NCBI GenBank assembly: GCA_964472675.1
Contig: CAYYLO010000003.1
Span: forward strand, 3,768-67,767
Length of the DNA: 64,000 bases
Reading direction: 5' to 3'
Source: an uncultured Gammaproteobacteria bacterium
GTDB lineage: Bacteria; Patescibacteriota; Microgenomatia; UBA8517; UBA10165
The position numbers and the translations under genes were made by a program. The notes under the pieces are model-generated. The model had not been told where the DNA came from and did no database searches. It saw only the letters and a program-made list of their open reading frames with translations. Of this stretch, positions 18,143 to 27,594 are shown one piece after another (the stretch's first letter is position 1; every line of letters starts with the position of its first letter).

Positions 18143-18528
18143 TCTACTATTACCTTGATTGATAACGTGCCAACTAACTATATGATACCGTAAGAGGGCA
18201 AAAGAAAAGCCCTCGAGTCAAAAATTTGCTCTAAGGGCCAAAAGATGATTGCTACAAAGGTAGAATTCTGAGCACTGCCATAAAGTACATTTCGCCTGCC
18301 CTGCAAAACGTACAAGCAATGCCCATAATGCTACCTTCGAATACTTCTTTGTAATGTGCTTCCCGCCTACTCTTGAAGCTAGCGGGACAGTGCTAGGTAC
18401 AAAAACGATTTCCTTAATCAAATCAAAATGAAGAGTTGGAGGAAATCTAAATCTTTACTCTAGTAGCTCATAATGTATCACAAAAATGGCCATTTGTCAA
18501 GTACTACAGGTTTCTAGTCCTTACTTTG

Positions 18529-18551
18529 TTGACAGGGTGGAACCCTGTCAA
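18529..18551. promoter_or_regulatory. 23-bp palindrome TTGACAGGGT-GGA-ACCCTGTCAA upstream of tRNA-Leu(TAA) promoter; inverted second copy at 18799-18822
   Basis: Read directly. The second copy is the exact reverse complement of the core (gacagggttccaccctgtc). An extended -10 tgatataat follows at 18583-18591. Confidence 0.45.
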
Positions 18552-18611
18552 ACAGTCTAAAGCTCGATTGTGCCTATTTATTGATGATATAATGCCTTAG
18601 TCTTAGTTTTC

Positions 18612-18697
18612 GCCCGGGTGCTGGAATTGGTAGACAGTGTGGCCTTAAGAGCCATTGCTCCTAAAAGAGCGTGTGGGTTCGAGTCCCTCCCCGGGCA
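18612..18697 (+). tRNA. tRNA-Leu (TAA), class II with long variable arm
   Basis: Acceptor GCCCGGG/CCCGGGC, anticodon loop CTTAAGA, variable arm TGCTCCTAAAAGAGCG, T-loop TTCGAGT. Confidence 0.8.
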
Positions 18698-18754
18698 CTT
18701 CCTGTTCCTACCTTCCTTTTCTCCTAATCTTGTGTTAACTTTTGTCGTTCTCTG

Positions 18755-18797
18755 CCCCTTGCGTTTTTTTGCCCGAACGCTGCAAGGGGTATTTTTT
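18755..18797 (+). terminator. rho-independent terminator after tRNA-Leu(TAA)
   Basis: CCCCTTGC...GCAAGGGG 8-bp stem followed by TATTTTTT. Confidence 0.55.
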
Positions 18798-18817
18798 GCT
18801 GACAGGGTTCCACCCTG

Positions 18818-20134
18818 TCAAGACAACTTTGCGAGGATTTCGGAATATTTTTTGATGTTGTCTTGGGTGCTTTTGAGCGCTCCTTGAATGACCAAGTTTA
18901 CTTTCTTAAAGTCCCAATACTTTTGCATTAAATCGATCAAGTCTTCTGAAGTTGTGCTTTGAATAAGTTCTATCATTTTTTCAGGAAGATGAATTTTGTC
19001 CTCCCAAAGTAAATCGCCTTCGATCCAATTGGCAATTGAGCTCGGGTGGTCAAAACTCATCAGCCACTGGTTTGAGAGAAATTCTTTTGTGACAATAAGT
19101 TCTTCTTCGGTTGGGCCATTTTTAATAAATGTAGCCAATTCCTGGACGATTAGTGTCACTACTTCCTCCAGGTTTTCCCGGGAAGCTTCCGAGGCTATAG
19201 CGGTATAACCTAATCCATTCGTAATTAAAGAACCGGCATTTACGCCATAAACCAATCCTCTTTGGTAACGTAGGAGCCTAAACATACGGCTTCTTGAGAG
19301 GTTAACCAATATTGCAAGAATAATGTTTTGTCTCAAGCGCAATGCAATGCTGTTATCTAAAGATAAAGATGGAAAAGAAAGATCGATATAATTTGATTTA
19401 AGGCTTGAATCAAAGCGGATCCCCACATTTTTGCCTGACAGGTTTTTACTACTAAATATGGGAATTTTTGAATAACTTGAGTTGTGGTAGTTGCCAAAGT
19501 ATTGTTTTAGATAGTGTTTAAGCTGAGGCTTCTCAAAACTTCCAGTTATTGAAATATAAGTATTTTTGGGAACAAAAAGCTTCTCCCAAAATGACAAAAT
19601 ATCTGCCTTTGTAATTTTTTCAACGTCACTAATTGTTCCGGCGATGGGGTTAAGCAGTGGACAACCTTTTGTAAACCTAATTTCCCGCACAAATTTACCT
19701 ATTTTATATTCCGGGCTATCCATCCTTTGTTTTATTTCTTCCAAAATAGCCCGCCTTTCTTTTTCTATAGCAACTTCGGGGAAAAGTGGCTCAAAAAATA
19801 CCTCGCTGGCAATTTTTAAGGCGTCTTCCAAATGTGTTTTGGGAACAGTTATAAAAAAATTTATGGAAAATTCTCCAGTTGAGGCATTATAGCTTCCTGC
19901 TAAACTTTCAATATAATCAGACATACTTTCAGCGTTCGGCAACGAAGGAATGCCTTGTATAAGCATGTGCTCTAAAAAGTGCGCAAGGCCAATTTTTCCG
20001 GCGTCCTCTAAAACAGAACCTCCTTTAACATCAATTCTGAGGTGAATTGATCTCAAAGAGCGCATTCTGTAGGTTGCAACTTTTATACCATTTTGCAGCG
20101 TAAACGTATTCAACATTATCCTTACCTCGACCAC
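18818..20134 (-). CDS. M16-family (pitrilysin/insulinase-like) zinc peptidase
   Basis: Inverted zinc-binding motif HFLEH (HxxEH) in GLAHFLEHMLIQG; 438 aa. Confidence 0.75.
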   Translation of the reverse strand: MVEVRIMLNTFTLQNGIKVATYRMRSLRSIHLRIDVKGGSVLEDAGKIGLAHFLEHMLIQGIPSLPNAESMSDYIESLAGSYNASTGEFSINFFITVPKTHLEDALKIASEVFFEPLFPEVAIEKERRAILEEIKQRMDSPEYKIGKFVREIRFTKGCPLLNPIAGTISDVEKITKADILSFWEKLFVPKNTYISITGSFEKPQLKHYLKQYFGNYHNSSYSKIPIFSSKNLSGKNVGIRFDSSLKSNYIDLSFPSLSLDNSIALRLRQNIILAILVNLSRSRMFRLLRYQRGLVYGVNAGSLITNGLGYTAIASEASRENLEEVVTLIVQELATFIKNGPTEEELIVTKEFLSNQWLMSFDHPSSIANWIEGDLLWEDKIHLPEKMIELIQSTTSEDLIDLMQKYWDFKKVNLVIQGALKSTQDNIKKYSEILAKLS

Positions 20135-21804
20135 AAAGTATACACTACCGTTCCATCTGGTCGTTTGATTTGCCCCAGAAGCGTGGCTCCGGCAGGCGGA
20201 GAGCTGGTTTCGCAGGCATCAGCGTCAACTGCCAGAATCCGTTCTTCTAGAGCAAAAACGTCTCTGGAGGGACAGCGCTGGCTAGTAAAAGTAAAGTTTT
20301 GGAAACCCCAAACACCTTTATCTCTTTTGTTCGCCGATTGCGTAAAAGTTGCCGGATCATATTTGCCAAAAAATGCTAGCCATGGGTATGGGCTATCGGG
20401 AATTTCGGTAAAGTAAATCTTATCATAGTTTCCTTGCAGGCTGTTGATTTTGAGCGCAAGTTCTTTTGCGCCGGCATTGCGAGATAAGGTTCCGCCAACC
20501 GGATTGTGGATGAAGTATTGATGCAGAAAGAAGATAAAATTTACTGACAAGAGGGCAAAAGACAGTGACAAGGATAATGTGCGATGCCGTGAATTCGCAA
20601 ACCAGTACAGCCCGTAGGCTTCAATAATAGATAAAAAGGGAATCATAAAAAGCGCGCGGTGCATATTTGGAGCGTCTTCGGTTGTAACAGCCGCGGGAAG
20701 CGGAGATATCAGTACAAGTCCAAGTACAAGAATTGAGGCATACGGTTTATGCTGTGCGATTGCGACCAGTCCGGCTAAAAGTAGGAAAAATTCAACGTAA
20801 GTTAAAACGCCCATCCCGCTGGTCATGTAACGGGTGGGTTTTGCTTCTTTGGGGACAAGGAAGAATTTGGCGCTAATGTATTGAGTGTATTCATTGACAA
20901 AGCGTCTTGCGTAAACTGAGGGCTTGTTGTGGAATAGTCTGGCGACAAAGACTCTGTTAGGCCCTTCTTCAAACGGCATTTTATCGAGTTCGTAAGCAAC
21001 GTCGAGGTCTTTGAAGATGGAAACCTGGTTGAATCGGCCGCGAGCGGCTGGATCGAGGGCAAATAGTAAAGTAACAAGTGATACAGAGAACAAGAGAACA
21101 AGCGGGAGTTTGAAGTGTAATTTTGGCAGATCGCGCAGGGTGGGACGCGGGCGCGAATTCCACCAGAAGAAAGCTATGGTTATAAAAACAAACATAGGAA
21201 TTAAAAGGCGGGCGGAATGGTATAGAAAGTAAGACGAAAGTAGAAAAAGCAGAGTGAGTAGGAAAGGTAGTAAGGCGGGTGGCTTTTTATTGTTCAGTTG
21301 CCGTACAAGAAGCCACAAACCTGTGAGGGCAAAGAAAAGTGCAACGATACCTTCGGAGGTGGCGCGGGAAAGAGAGATGTGCCATGGCGACAAGGCTAGC
21401 AGCAGAGCAGAAAAAATTTCCAATGTCCAATTTCCAATGTCCAATTTTTTCCGAGGTGCTAATTCTCGAACTAAAAAATACATAGAAATTACGGTTAGAG
21501 CTCCGAAGAGGGCGCCTGGGAAGCGAACGGCAAACTCATTCAAACCAAAAATCAAAATCGAAGGGATGGTTAGGTAAAAATATCCGGTGGGGCGGAAATC
21601 GCCGAAAGAGTTGTAGTAGAGAGGAAACTTGTGCCCCCAATCGTCGGCTCCGGTCTTTAGAATTGAATAAGCATTCCAGCCCGCTTTTACCTCATCTACA
21701 TGGAAGCCGTCAGGTAGCCCTGCAAGTTTCCAGGTTCGCAAAAATAAAGCTAAAAGGAAAATTAAGAAAATCCATTTGTGCTTTTTCAAAAAATGTAAAT
21801 GCAT
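20122..21804 (-). CDS. GT39/PMT-ArnT-family membrane glycosyltransferase (dolichyl-phosphate-mannose-protein mannosyltransferase-like)
   Basis: Multi-pass membrane protein; N-terminal RTWKLAGLPDGFHVDE...YYNSFGDFRPTGYFY typical of PMT_2/ArnT family. Confidence 0.65.
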   Translation of the reverse strand: MHLHFLKKHKWIFLIFLLALFLRTWKLAGLPDGFHVDEVKAGWNAYSILKTGADDWGHKFPLYYNSFGDFRPTGYFYLTIPSILIFGLNEFAVRFPGALFGALTVISMYFLVRELAPRKKLDIGNWTLEIFSALLLALSPWHISLSRATSEGIVALFFALTGLWLLVRQLNNKKPPALLPFLLTLLFLLSSYFLYHSARLLIPMFVFITIAFFWWNSRPRPTLRDLPKLHFKLPLVLLFSVSLVTLLFALDPAARGRFNQVSIFKDLDVAYELDKMPFEEGPNRVFVARLFHNKPSVYARRFVNEYTQYISAKFFLVPKEAKPTRYMTSGMGVLTYVEFFLLLAGLVAIAQHKPYASILVLGLVLISPLPAAVTTEDAPNMHRALFMIPFLSIIEAYGLYWFANSRHRTLSLSLSFALLSVNFIFFLHQYFIHNPVGGTLSRNAGAKELALKINSLQGNYDKIYFTEIPDSPYPWLAFFGKYDPATFTQSANKRDKGVWGFQNFTFTSQRCPSRDVFALEERILAVDADACETSSPPAGATLLGQIKRPDGTVVYTLWSR

Positions 21805-21941
21805 TAAAATGTCCTCAACAATTGTACTGCTGTATGTAGTTGAAAAGAAATGCTGATTTTTTTATTTCTTTTACCGTGTGCGGGCACTTGACAAAGTTGC
21901 CTTCAATCAGCTTAACTAAAAGTGTAATTTACTTTAACAGC

Positions 21942-22418
21942 ATGACTGCCCGTAAAAAAATTAACAAAAAGCCTACTCCGTCTTCAGAGGGTACAATTTT
22001 TGTATTGTCTGTTGCTTTGGTTATTGCAATTGGCACATTTTTGTTTCTCTCTTCAAGACAAAAAGAGACAATAAAAGTTGCAGAAAAAAAGGAAGTAACA
22101 GTTATGTTAGCTTCTGAGAATAACTCAAGTGAAACCGGAACTGCCTTTTTAAAGGAAGCTGATGGTAAGGTTGTGGTGACTTTGGCGGTTGAAAATAGCC
22201 CCAAGGGTGTGACCCAGCCGGCCCACATTCATACCGGAACTTGTCCCAATCCAGGAGAAGTAAAATATCCTCTAAATTCCCTGGTTGACGGGAAATCTGA
22301 GACAACTCTTAACGTTTCTGTCAATGACCTACTAAGTCAGATGCCCTTAGCAGTTAATGTCCACAAGTCTGTTGCTAAGGCTAAAGTAAGCGTCTCCTGC
22401 GGCGATATAGCAAAGTAA
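21942..22418 (+). CDS. membrane-anchored secreted protein with HIH motif (possibly CHRD/SOD-like beta-sandwich)
   Basis: Start trimmed to ATG 21942 (MTARKK); TM helix; AHIHTGTCPNPGE motif; family call uncertain. Confidence 0.35.
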   Translation: MTARKKINKKPTPSSEGTIFVLSVALVIAIGTFLFLSSRQKETIKVAEKKEVTVMLASENNSSETGTAFLKEADGKVVVTLAVENSPKGVTQPAHIHTGTCPNPGEVKYPLNSLVDGKSETTLNVSVNDLLSQMPLAVNVHKSVAKAKVSVSCGDIAK

Positions 22419-22426
22419 ATGAAGCT

Positions 22427-22454
22427 CTACCAGCTTACGCTGGTAGTTTCTTCT
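22427..22454 (+). terminator. rho-independent terminator
   Basis: CTACCAGC-ttac-GCTGGTAG followed by TTTCTTCT, 9 nt after the stop codon. Confidence 0.55.
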
Positions 22455-22635
22455 AGCTTCAAGCGACATAGTCGCTTGCCCTCACACTCCGTGTTCGGGA
22501 AATCTTCATCCACTTACTCGCGCAAGTGGTTTTAAGATTTGTCGCTATAAAAAAACGCGCCTCCGTTCAAACCACCCCACTGTGGCGATCCTCGAAAGGA
22601 TCCTTACGTCAAACGAAGGCGCAAAGCGCTACAGG

Positions 22636-23064
22636 TTACCTGCGGTGTGCGTACCAGCTGTAGGCGCCGCCAAACTCGCACGCGACTGCGACAACGAATC
22701 CGACGACCAGCTGTTTCCAGAGGAAATCAATCTCCTCCGGAGAGATAGCCTGTTGCGCAAGCTGTGTCATCATGTAGAATGCGGTGCGAACCATGCCGAT
22801 GATTAAGAGCGCTCCCAAGGCGTTGTAGGTCAGCGGGAACGTGAAGACGCTCTCCACCACCCTTAGGCACTTCTCTGTCCCGAAGGCATCGCATGCTGCA
22901 AGGAAGAGTCCTCCGGCACAGAGCGCTAGCGCCCACATGCCCTGCCGAGTAGTCCAGATCCCATAGAGGAAGAACCACGTCGGATTGCCGAAGAGGTGGA
23001 ACCCAAACACTACCATGCCCAAGAACATCAAAGCGGATGCGATCAATTCCCTAGTCTTCACCAC
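22636..23064 (-). CDS. hypothetical integral membrane protein in GC-rich (~55%) segment
   Basis: 142-aa ORF with four hydrophobic segments; GC strongly above genome background. Confidence 0.4.
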   Translation of the reverse strand: MVKTRELIASALMFLGMVVFGFHLFGNPTWFFLYGIWTTRQGMWALALCAGGLFLAACDAFGTEKCLRVVESVFTFPLTYNALGALLIIGMVRTAFYMMTQLAQQAISPEEIDFLWKQLVVGFVVAVACEFGGAYSWYAHRR

Positions 23065-23205
23065 ATTCCCCTGTAAAGCTTACTTCAGCGATTTCTCACT
23101 GAGATTGAGGTTAAGCATACACCAAACTCACACGAAAGTCAAGTATTATGGGTTTTACTTCCAAGAAAAAAACGCTTCCTTTCGACCATCGTTAAGTTGT
23201 GGTTT

Positions 23206-23679
23206 CTATTGAGGAGTTTTTAGATTGAAGCGAACATTGGCCCATTCTACCAAAATCCGTGCAAGGTAAACCGCAGTAAGCGCGACAATAAAACTGCCTC
23301 CAATGTCCAACCAATGATGAACTTGAGCGTAAACGCGGGAGGCGCCAACTAAAAATGCAAGGAAGGCAAGTACCATCCCCCACTTTTTGTTATAGATAAA
23401 AATTATTGCCGCGATTGTAGCAACTAAAAGCGTGTGATCTGAGGGGAAGCCGTTGTCAGGAGCGTGTGGAATTAAAGGCGTTGTATTGTTAACCACAAAT
23501 GGACGCGGATCGATGATAAATTTTGAAGCAATTCTGGAAATTATCAGCGAAAGCGGCAGGGAGGCTATTGTGAGAACAGCTAATTTTTTGCGCTGGGTTG
23601 AAAGTACAAGTATGACAAGTCCTAAGACTACACTGAGGATATAAGAATGTTTGGCAAAAGTTACAAGTAATGCATCCAT
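23206..23679 (-). CDS. PAP2-superfamily phosphatase (undecaprenyl-diphosphatase/BcrC-like)
   Basis: PAP2 motifs DPRPF (KxxxxxxRP-like), PSDHT (PSGH), SRVYAQVHHWLD (SRx5Hx3D). Confidence 0.7.
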   Translation of the reverse strand: MDALLVTFAKHSYILSVVLGLVILVLSTQRKKLAVLTIASLPLSLIISRIASKFIIDPRPFVVNNTTPLIPHAPDNGFPSDHTLLVATIAAIIFIYNKKWGMVLAFLAFLVGASRVYAQVHHWLDIGGSFIVALTAVYLARILVEWANVRFNLKTPQ

Positions 23680-23925
23680 ATAATGTTGTCATCCTGACGT
23701 CGCATTCGCTCCCCAGAATGAAAGGTTTATTTCCCGGGCTTGGTTTTTGAAAGCGCTCCTCTGATTTTTTGATGGAAATAGACGAACTTTTCTTTGGAGA
23801 AATGATAGGCGCTGTAGGGAAGATTGCGCTTTACACGCGCAAAAACTGAGGCGCGAGATTGAGAACGAAACTCTTTGGGGGTTTGCCGAAAATTGATATT
23901 CCTTGGTTTACTCATAAATAGCATG

Positions 23926-24507
23926 TCAGCCTAGTCTGCCTATGCCTTGTTGTAATTCTAAAGCATCCACCCACTGCGGGACAGGCACATCTTTGTAGGT
24001 GGGATTGGGAATTGCTGTGGCGATACCATTTTCTTCGGTTATGTAATAAGCCATGCCTTGATGCTTTTCTATCTCTTCATAATCTTGCGGAACGTGTCCG
24101 TCGTTCCAATTATCAAGTAGAACTAACTCCTGGTTCCCAATATTTGACCAAGAATGACCATATTCGGGAGTGATTAATATTTCATCCCCCGCCTTGGCTC
24201 GGATTAGTAAAACCTCATCAACTATATCTGGATTCCACTCCCCGTTTCCGATATGTTTCTTTTGCAAAAGCAAAACTCCCTCTCCGGATTCGACTTTGTA
24301 AAGCTCTTCCAAAGGGTGTGTATGATAATGTCCAAAGGTTTTTGTGTATTCTCTTCCAAGTTTGCCAGGCTTAATAACCGTATTGTTTGCCCATTCGGAT
24401 GGGCTTTTAAAGCTGAAAACTTTGTAAACTGGATTGGGACCGGAAGAATTAGGTTCTTGCAGAACCTGTTTTAAGGATTCGAGCTTTCGGGTGCTAACAA
24501 GTTCCAT
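23926..24507 (-). CDS. cupin-type glucose-6-phosphate isomerase-like protein (archaeal cPGI family)
   Basis: TFGHYHTHPLEELYKVESGEG matches cPGI signature TxGHxHx..ExY; second motif PEYGHSWSN. Confidence 0.45.
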   Translation of the reverse strand: MELVSTRKLESLKQVLQEPNSSGPNPVYKVFSFKSPSEWANNTVIKPGKLGREYTKTFGHYHTHPLEELYKVESGEGVLLLQKKHIGNGEWNPDIVDEVLLIRAKAGDEILITPEYGHSWSNIGNQELVLLDNWNDGHVPQDYEEIEKHQGMAYYITEENGIATAIPNPTYKDVPVPQWVDALELQQGIGRLG

Positions 24508-24616
24508 ATTATTAACCTAAAATCATTTTAAGGATATTATTCAAGCTTGTCGAGCAGCACACAGGCAAGCTTGCAATTATCCCCCAAAAGCGCAAAACTA
24601 ATATAGTTGACAGGGG

Positions 24617-24817
24617 GTGATTTTTTTGATCAACAAAATTTACAAATACCTGGGCAAGCATCCGCACTACAACAGCGTAATTCACACAATATCAGGCCTG
24701 GGGATTGGAGTCATTATCTCAAGGCCGTATGTAGCCAATCCGGTCAAATGGGGGGTGTTTCTTATTGTAATAGGCATCGTAGGACATCTTTACCCATATT
24801 TTGCAGGCAAGAAATGA
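24617..24817 (+). CDS. hypothetical small membrane protein (GTG start)
   Basis: 66-aa ORF with two hydrophobic helices; TTGACA -35-like hexamer directly upstream. Confidence 0.25.
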   Translation: MIFLINKIYKYLGKHPHYNSVIHTISGLGIGVIISRPYVANPVKWGVFLIVIGIVGHLYPYFAGKK

Positions 24818-25243
24818 GACTCGTTTAAAAAGCAAACAGACAGCCTTTTATATTTTACTTTACATAAAAAGACTGTCTGCAGCTTTTTTCTGGTTGACAC
24901 GCCTGCTCTTTGCGTCAACCAAATTCAAATCATCCTGCCCTGACCTGGTGTGTTTTTTGGTAACCTTGCTCTTAAAGCTACCGTAAGTTAGATTAAGCCC
25001 TGGAAGTTAATAATATGAAAGTTAAATGTAAGAATTAAGTAAGTTAGCTATTATTCATTAATTTTGCTTCAAATCTGCTGTAATTTCTCTCAAAAATGAA
25101 GTAACATTGGCTCGGTATTTCGTGCCGCAATCAAATTGGGTATTGCATTTGTGAAAAAAAGCATAAATAATTTACAAAACGATAGTTCTGAACCTTTTTT
25201 AGCGAAGCTTTTTCTTATAAAAACTTCGCATATATGATAGTAA

Positions 25244-26110
25244 ATGACAACTACTGAGAGACCAATTTTTAACACAGATAGTCTTGGTATGATAACCGAA
25301 AAAACCGAGAAATCTGTAAGCATTCGGAAGGTAACATCTCCCGACCAACTTCGTGTATGGCGGGAGATTTTTGATGGTGTTTTTCCGGAAAATGCTGGTG
25401 AATGCCCACAAAATTTACTTGAGCGATGCGCAAGCCGGGAAGCTTTGATTCACTCAGATTTTTACCTTATATTTAGAGGGGAAGAGGCGGTTGGTGTGCA
25501 CTGGGTTTGTTGGGCACCTAACTCTTTGGTAGCGTATGTTCCCTGGTGCGGTGTTTTGCCGGGGCACCAAGGTTCAGGAGTTTACTCTAAAGCAATGGCC
25601 CTTGTTGAAAATGATTTGAGAGCTCAGGGTATACGTATCGTTGCGCTAGAGTGCGAAGACCCAGCGTATATGACAACTCCTGAAAGAATTACTTTGGCCC
25701 AACGAAGATTGAAATTTTATCATAGGAATGGGTTTGCACATGTAGAGCAGAGTGCAGTTGCCTATGTCAGGCCAGACGAAACAGGTGTTGATTATAACGG
25801 ACAGGTTAAAAGTGGTTTAATGTTTGGCCTTAAGCAGCTTTATCCTGAAGACCGTCTATTTGTTGAAGATCAAGGAGGGTTGGCTATTTCTGCAGTTGTG
25901 CTAAGGTATGTTTACACGGAAGTGATGAAAACAGATAGTGGGATACTAGATTGGCAAACACTTGCAGGGAATAGAGCTATACGCGAATACATACAGTCCT
26001 TGGAGCAGGCTGGTCTCTACGTTCCAATGTTATCTTTACAAAAAGGTTCTTCTGGCTTCCCCCTACCTCAGCAAATTGCTGTTGCGCAACCAACTCTAAC
26101 TCTTCAATAA
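25244..26110 (+). CDS. GNAT-family acetyltransferase-like protein (GC ~48%)
   Basis: GVLPGHQGSGVYSKAMALVENDLRAQGIRIVALE resembles GNAT motif A; otherwise unassigned. Confidence 0.4.
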   Translation: MTTTERPIFNTDSLGMITEKTEKSVSIRKVTSPDQLRVWREIFDGVFPENAGECPQNLLERCASREALIHSDFYLIFRGEEAVGVHWVCWAPNSLVAYVPWCGVLPGHQGSGVYSKAMALVENDLRAQGIRIVALECEDPAYMTTPERITLAQRRLKFYHRNGFAHVEQSAVAYVRPDETGVDYNGQVKSGLMFGLKQLYPEDRLFVEDQGGLAISAVVLRYVYTEVMKTDSGILDWQTLAGNRAIREYIQSLEQAGLYVPMLSLQKGSSGFPLPQQIAVAQPTLTLQ

Positions 26111-26199
26111 CTGCTCCTCCCACCTTCTCCTTACGGAAACGTAATCTTACTTTAACCAATCAATGCTAGTCTTTTGATTTAGAAGGAGGTGAGTAAAAT

Positions 26200-26403
26200 A
26201 TGGGTGGAATGGATATGCAGTCGAAAAAGGCAGCGATTGACCATTTGGACCACGTAAGCTATCCGGCAACCAAAGAAGAACTGGTAAAAGCATGTGACAA
26301 CATGTCAGATGTTCCGGAAGAAGGTAAAAAATGGTTTATGGACAATTTACCTGGAGGCACATACCAAAATTCAGGTGATGTTAGAGCCGCGCTTAGGATG
26401 TAA
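26200..26403 (+). CDS. DUF2795-family small protein
   Basis: HVSYPATKEELVKAC motif; strong SD GAAGGAGGTGA upstream. Confidence 0.5.
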   Translation: MGGMDMQSKKAAIDHLDHVSYPATKEELVKACDNMSDVPEEGKKWFMDNLPGGTYQNSGDVRAALRM

Positions 26404-26520
26404 GTTTCTTGCGCACTGAAGATACAACTTGTTTCAAATTGAGACGGTTGGAGAAGCTGTTTTGCAACAGCTTCATAGAAATCTGTACCAATCTAGGGTA
26501 TGATATATTAAGGTACAGAA

Positions 26521-26611
26521 GGACGGGTGGTGAAATTGGCAGACACGCAGCGTTCAGGGCGCTGTGAGCTAAAAAAAGCTCATGCGGGTTCAACTCCCGC
26601 TCCGTCCACCA
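26521..26611 (+). tRNA. tRNA-Leu (CAG), class II, CCA encoded
   Basis: Acceptor GGACGGG, anticodon loop TTCAGGG, long variable arm, T-loop TTCAACT; extended -10 tgatatatt about 10 nt upstream. Confidence 0.8.
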
Positions 26612-26682
26612 CAAGAAGTTTGTAAGTGTGATTATCTCCCCCGCTAAATGTTTGATCCCATTTGTGATAAAATAGCTACCAG

Positions 26683-26764
26683 GCCAGGGTGTCGTAACTG
26701 GTAGCCGAGCACGCTTGAGGTGCGTGTGGAGAAATCCGTGCAGGTTCGAGTCCTGTCCCTGGCA
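26683..26764 (+). tRNA. tRNA-Leu (GAG), class II
   Basis: Acceptor GCCAGGG/CCCTGGC, anticodon loop TTGAGGT, variable arm, T-loop TTCGAGT. Confidence 0.75.
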
Positions 26765-26790
26765 CTATCTAAAGACAATTAGTGATTCGT

Positions 26791-26861
26791 TGCGGGATCG
26801 TCTAGTGGTAGGACACGGGACTTTGGATCCCGGTACCTAGGTTCAAATCCTAGTCCCGCAG
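26791..26861 (+). tRNA. tRNA-Gln (TTG)
   Basis: U1-A72 and G73 as in bacterial tRNA-Gln; anticodon loop CTTTGGA; T-loop TTCAAAT. Confidence 0.75.
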
Positions 26862-27015
26862 CAAAACGAAGTTTTGCAAGGGACAAAAGGAAATTCTTAT
26901 TTCCTTTTAATCCCGCTTCCTCCCAAGGAGGAATTATACGCTCGAATTTTTTTTAGACACTTACCGCGAAAGTGGGCGCCATAGGCGCAACTTAAGTTGG
27001 GTAAGCACTTGAAAA

Positions 27016-27088
27016 GGACAAGTAGCTCAGTTGGAAGAGCATTCGGTTTACATCCGAAAGGTCACAGGTTCGAGCCCTGTCTTGTCCA
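27016..27088 (+). tRNA. tRNA-Val (TAC)
   Basis: Acceptor GGACAAG/CTTGTCC, anticodon loop TTTACAT, T-loop TTCGAGC. Confidence 0.85.
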
Positions 27089-27117
27089 CATTTAGAGACC
27101 GAAAAGAATTTGTCCTC

Positions 27118-27594
27118 TTAAATATCTCTTATTTCATCCTTGGCTCTTTCTGCTTCTAATATCTCAGACTTTTTAGTAGGTGAATAAATACTCCAAGGAA
27201 ACTCAACTCCGAGATGTTCTAAAGTATTAACTTCTTGGTTACCAATAATGCCATAAATATCAATTAGTTTTACACCACATACGGTTAGTTGCATTTTTAG
27301 ATGGTCATAAAAGTACGAGCCACCTCTGGTAAATCTATCTATGGATTTAATAACAAAAAGCTGGATGCCATTGTTAGAGTCTTTACAGTAATCAACAACC
27401 TCCTGCATTGGTTGTTCATCTTTTGAAGCCGACTCCATTAAGAAAAAGAACTTCTTAATGTTTAAGTTATGACTTTTTGCAAACTGTTCTATTTGATCTT
27501 TTTGCGCTTGTGGGGAATCACCCTGAAGGCCTTGTTTTAATGAAGAAATTCTTATCGCTGCTACTGCACTATTAGTAGATAAGTTAGGATTCAT
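27118..27594 (-). pseudogene. large serine recombinase, catalytic domain only (3'-truncated remnant)
   Basis: Catalytic Ser motif AAIRISSLKQ and KSIDRFTRG (DRxxR) align with the resolvase/invertase catalytic domain. ORF ends after the alpha-E helix (ILEAERAKDEIRD), 30 nt from the tRNA-Val 3' end. No recombinase/zinc-ribbon domains follow. Confidence 0.65.

Noticed and set aside
18618-18887. 89-aa ORF on the plus strand
   Set aside because: Begins inside tRNA-Leu(TAA) and runs through its terminator hairpin. Spurious.
21421-21450. Tandem 14-nt duplication (caatgtccaattt x2) inside the GT39 glycosyltransferase CDS
   Set aside because: The ORF remains intact across it (encodes KKLDIGNWTLEI). 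Likely simple slippage with no evident function. Not flagged as a feature.
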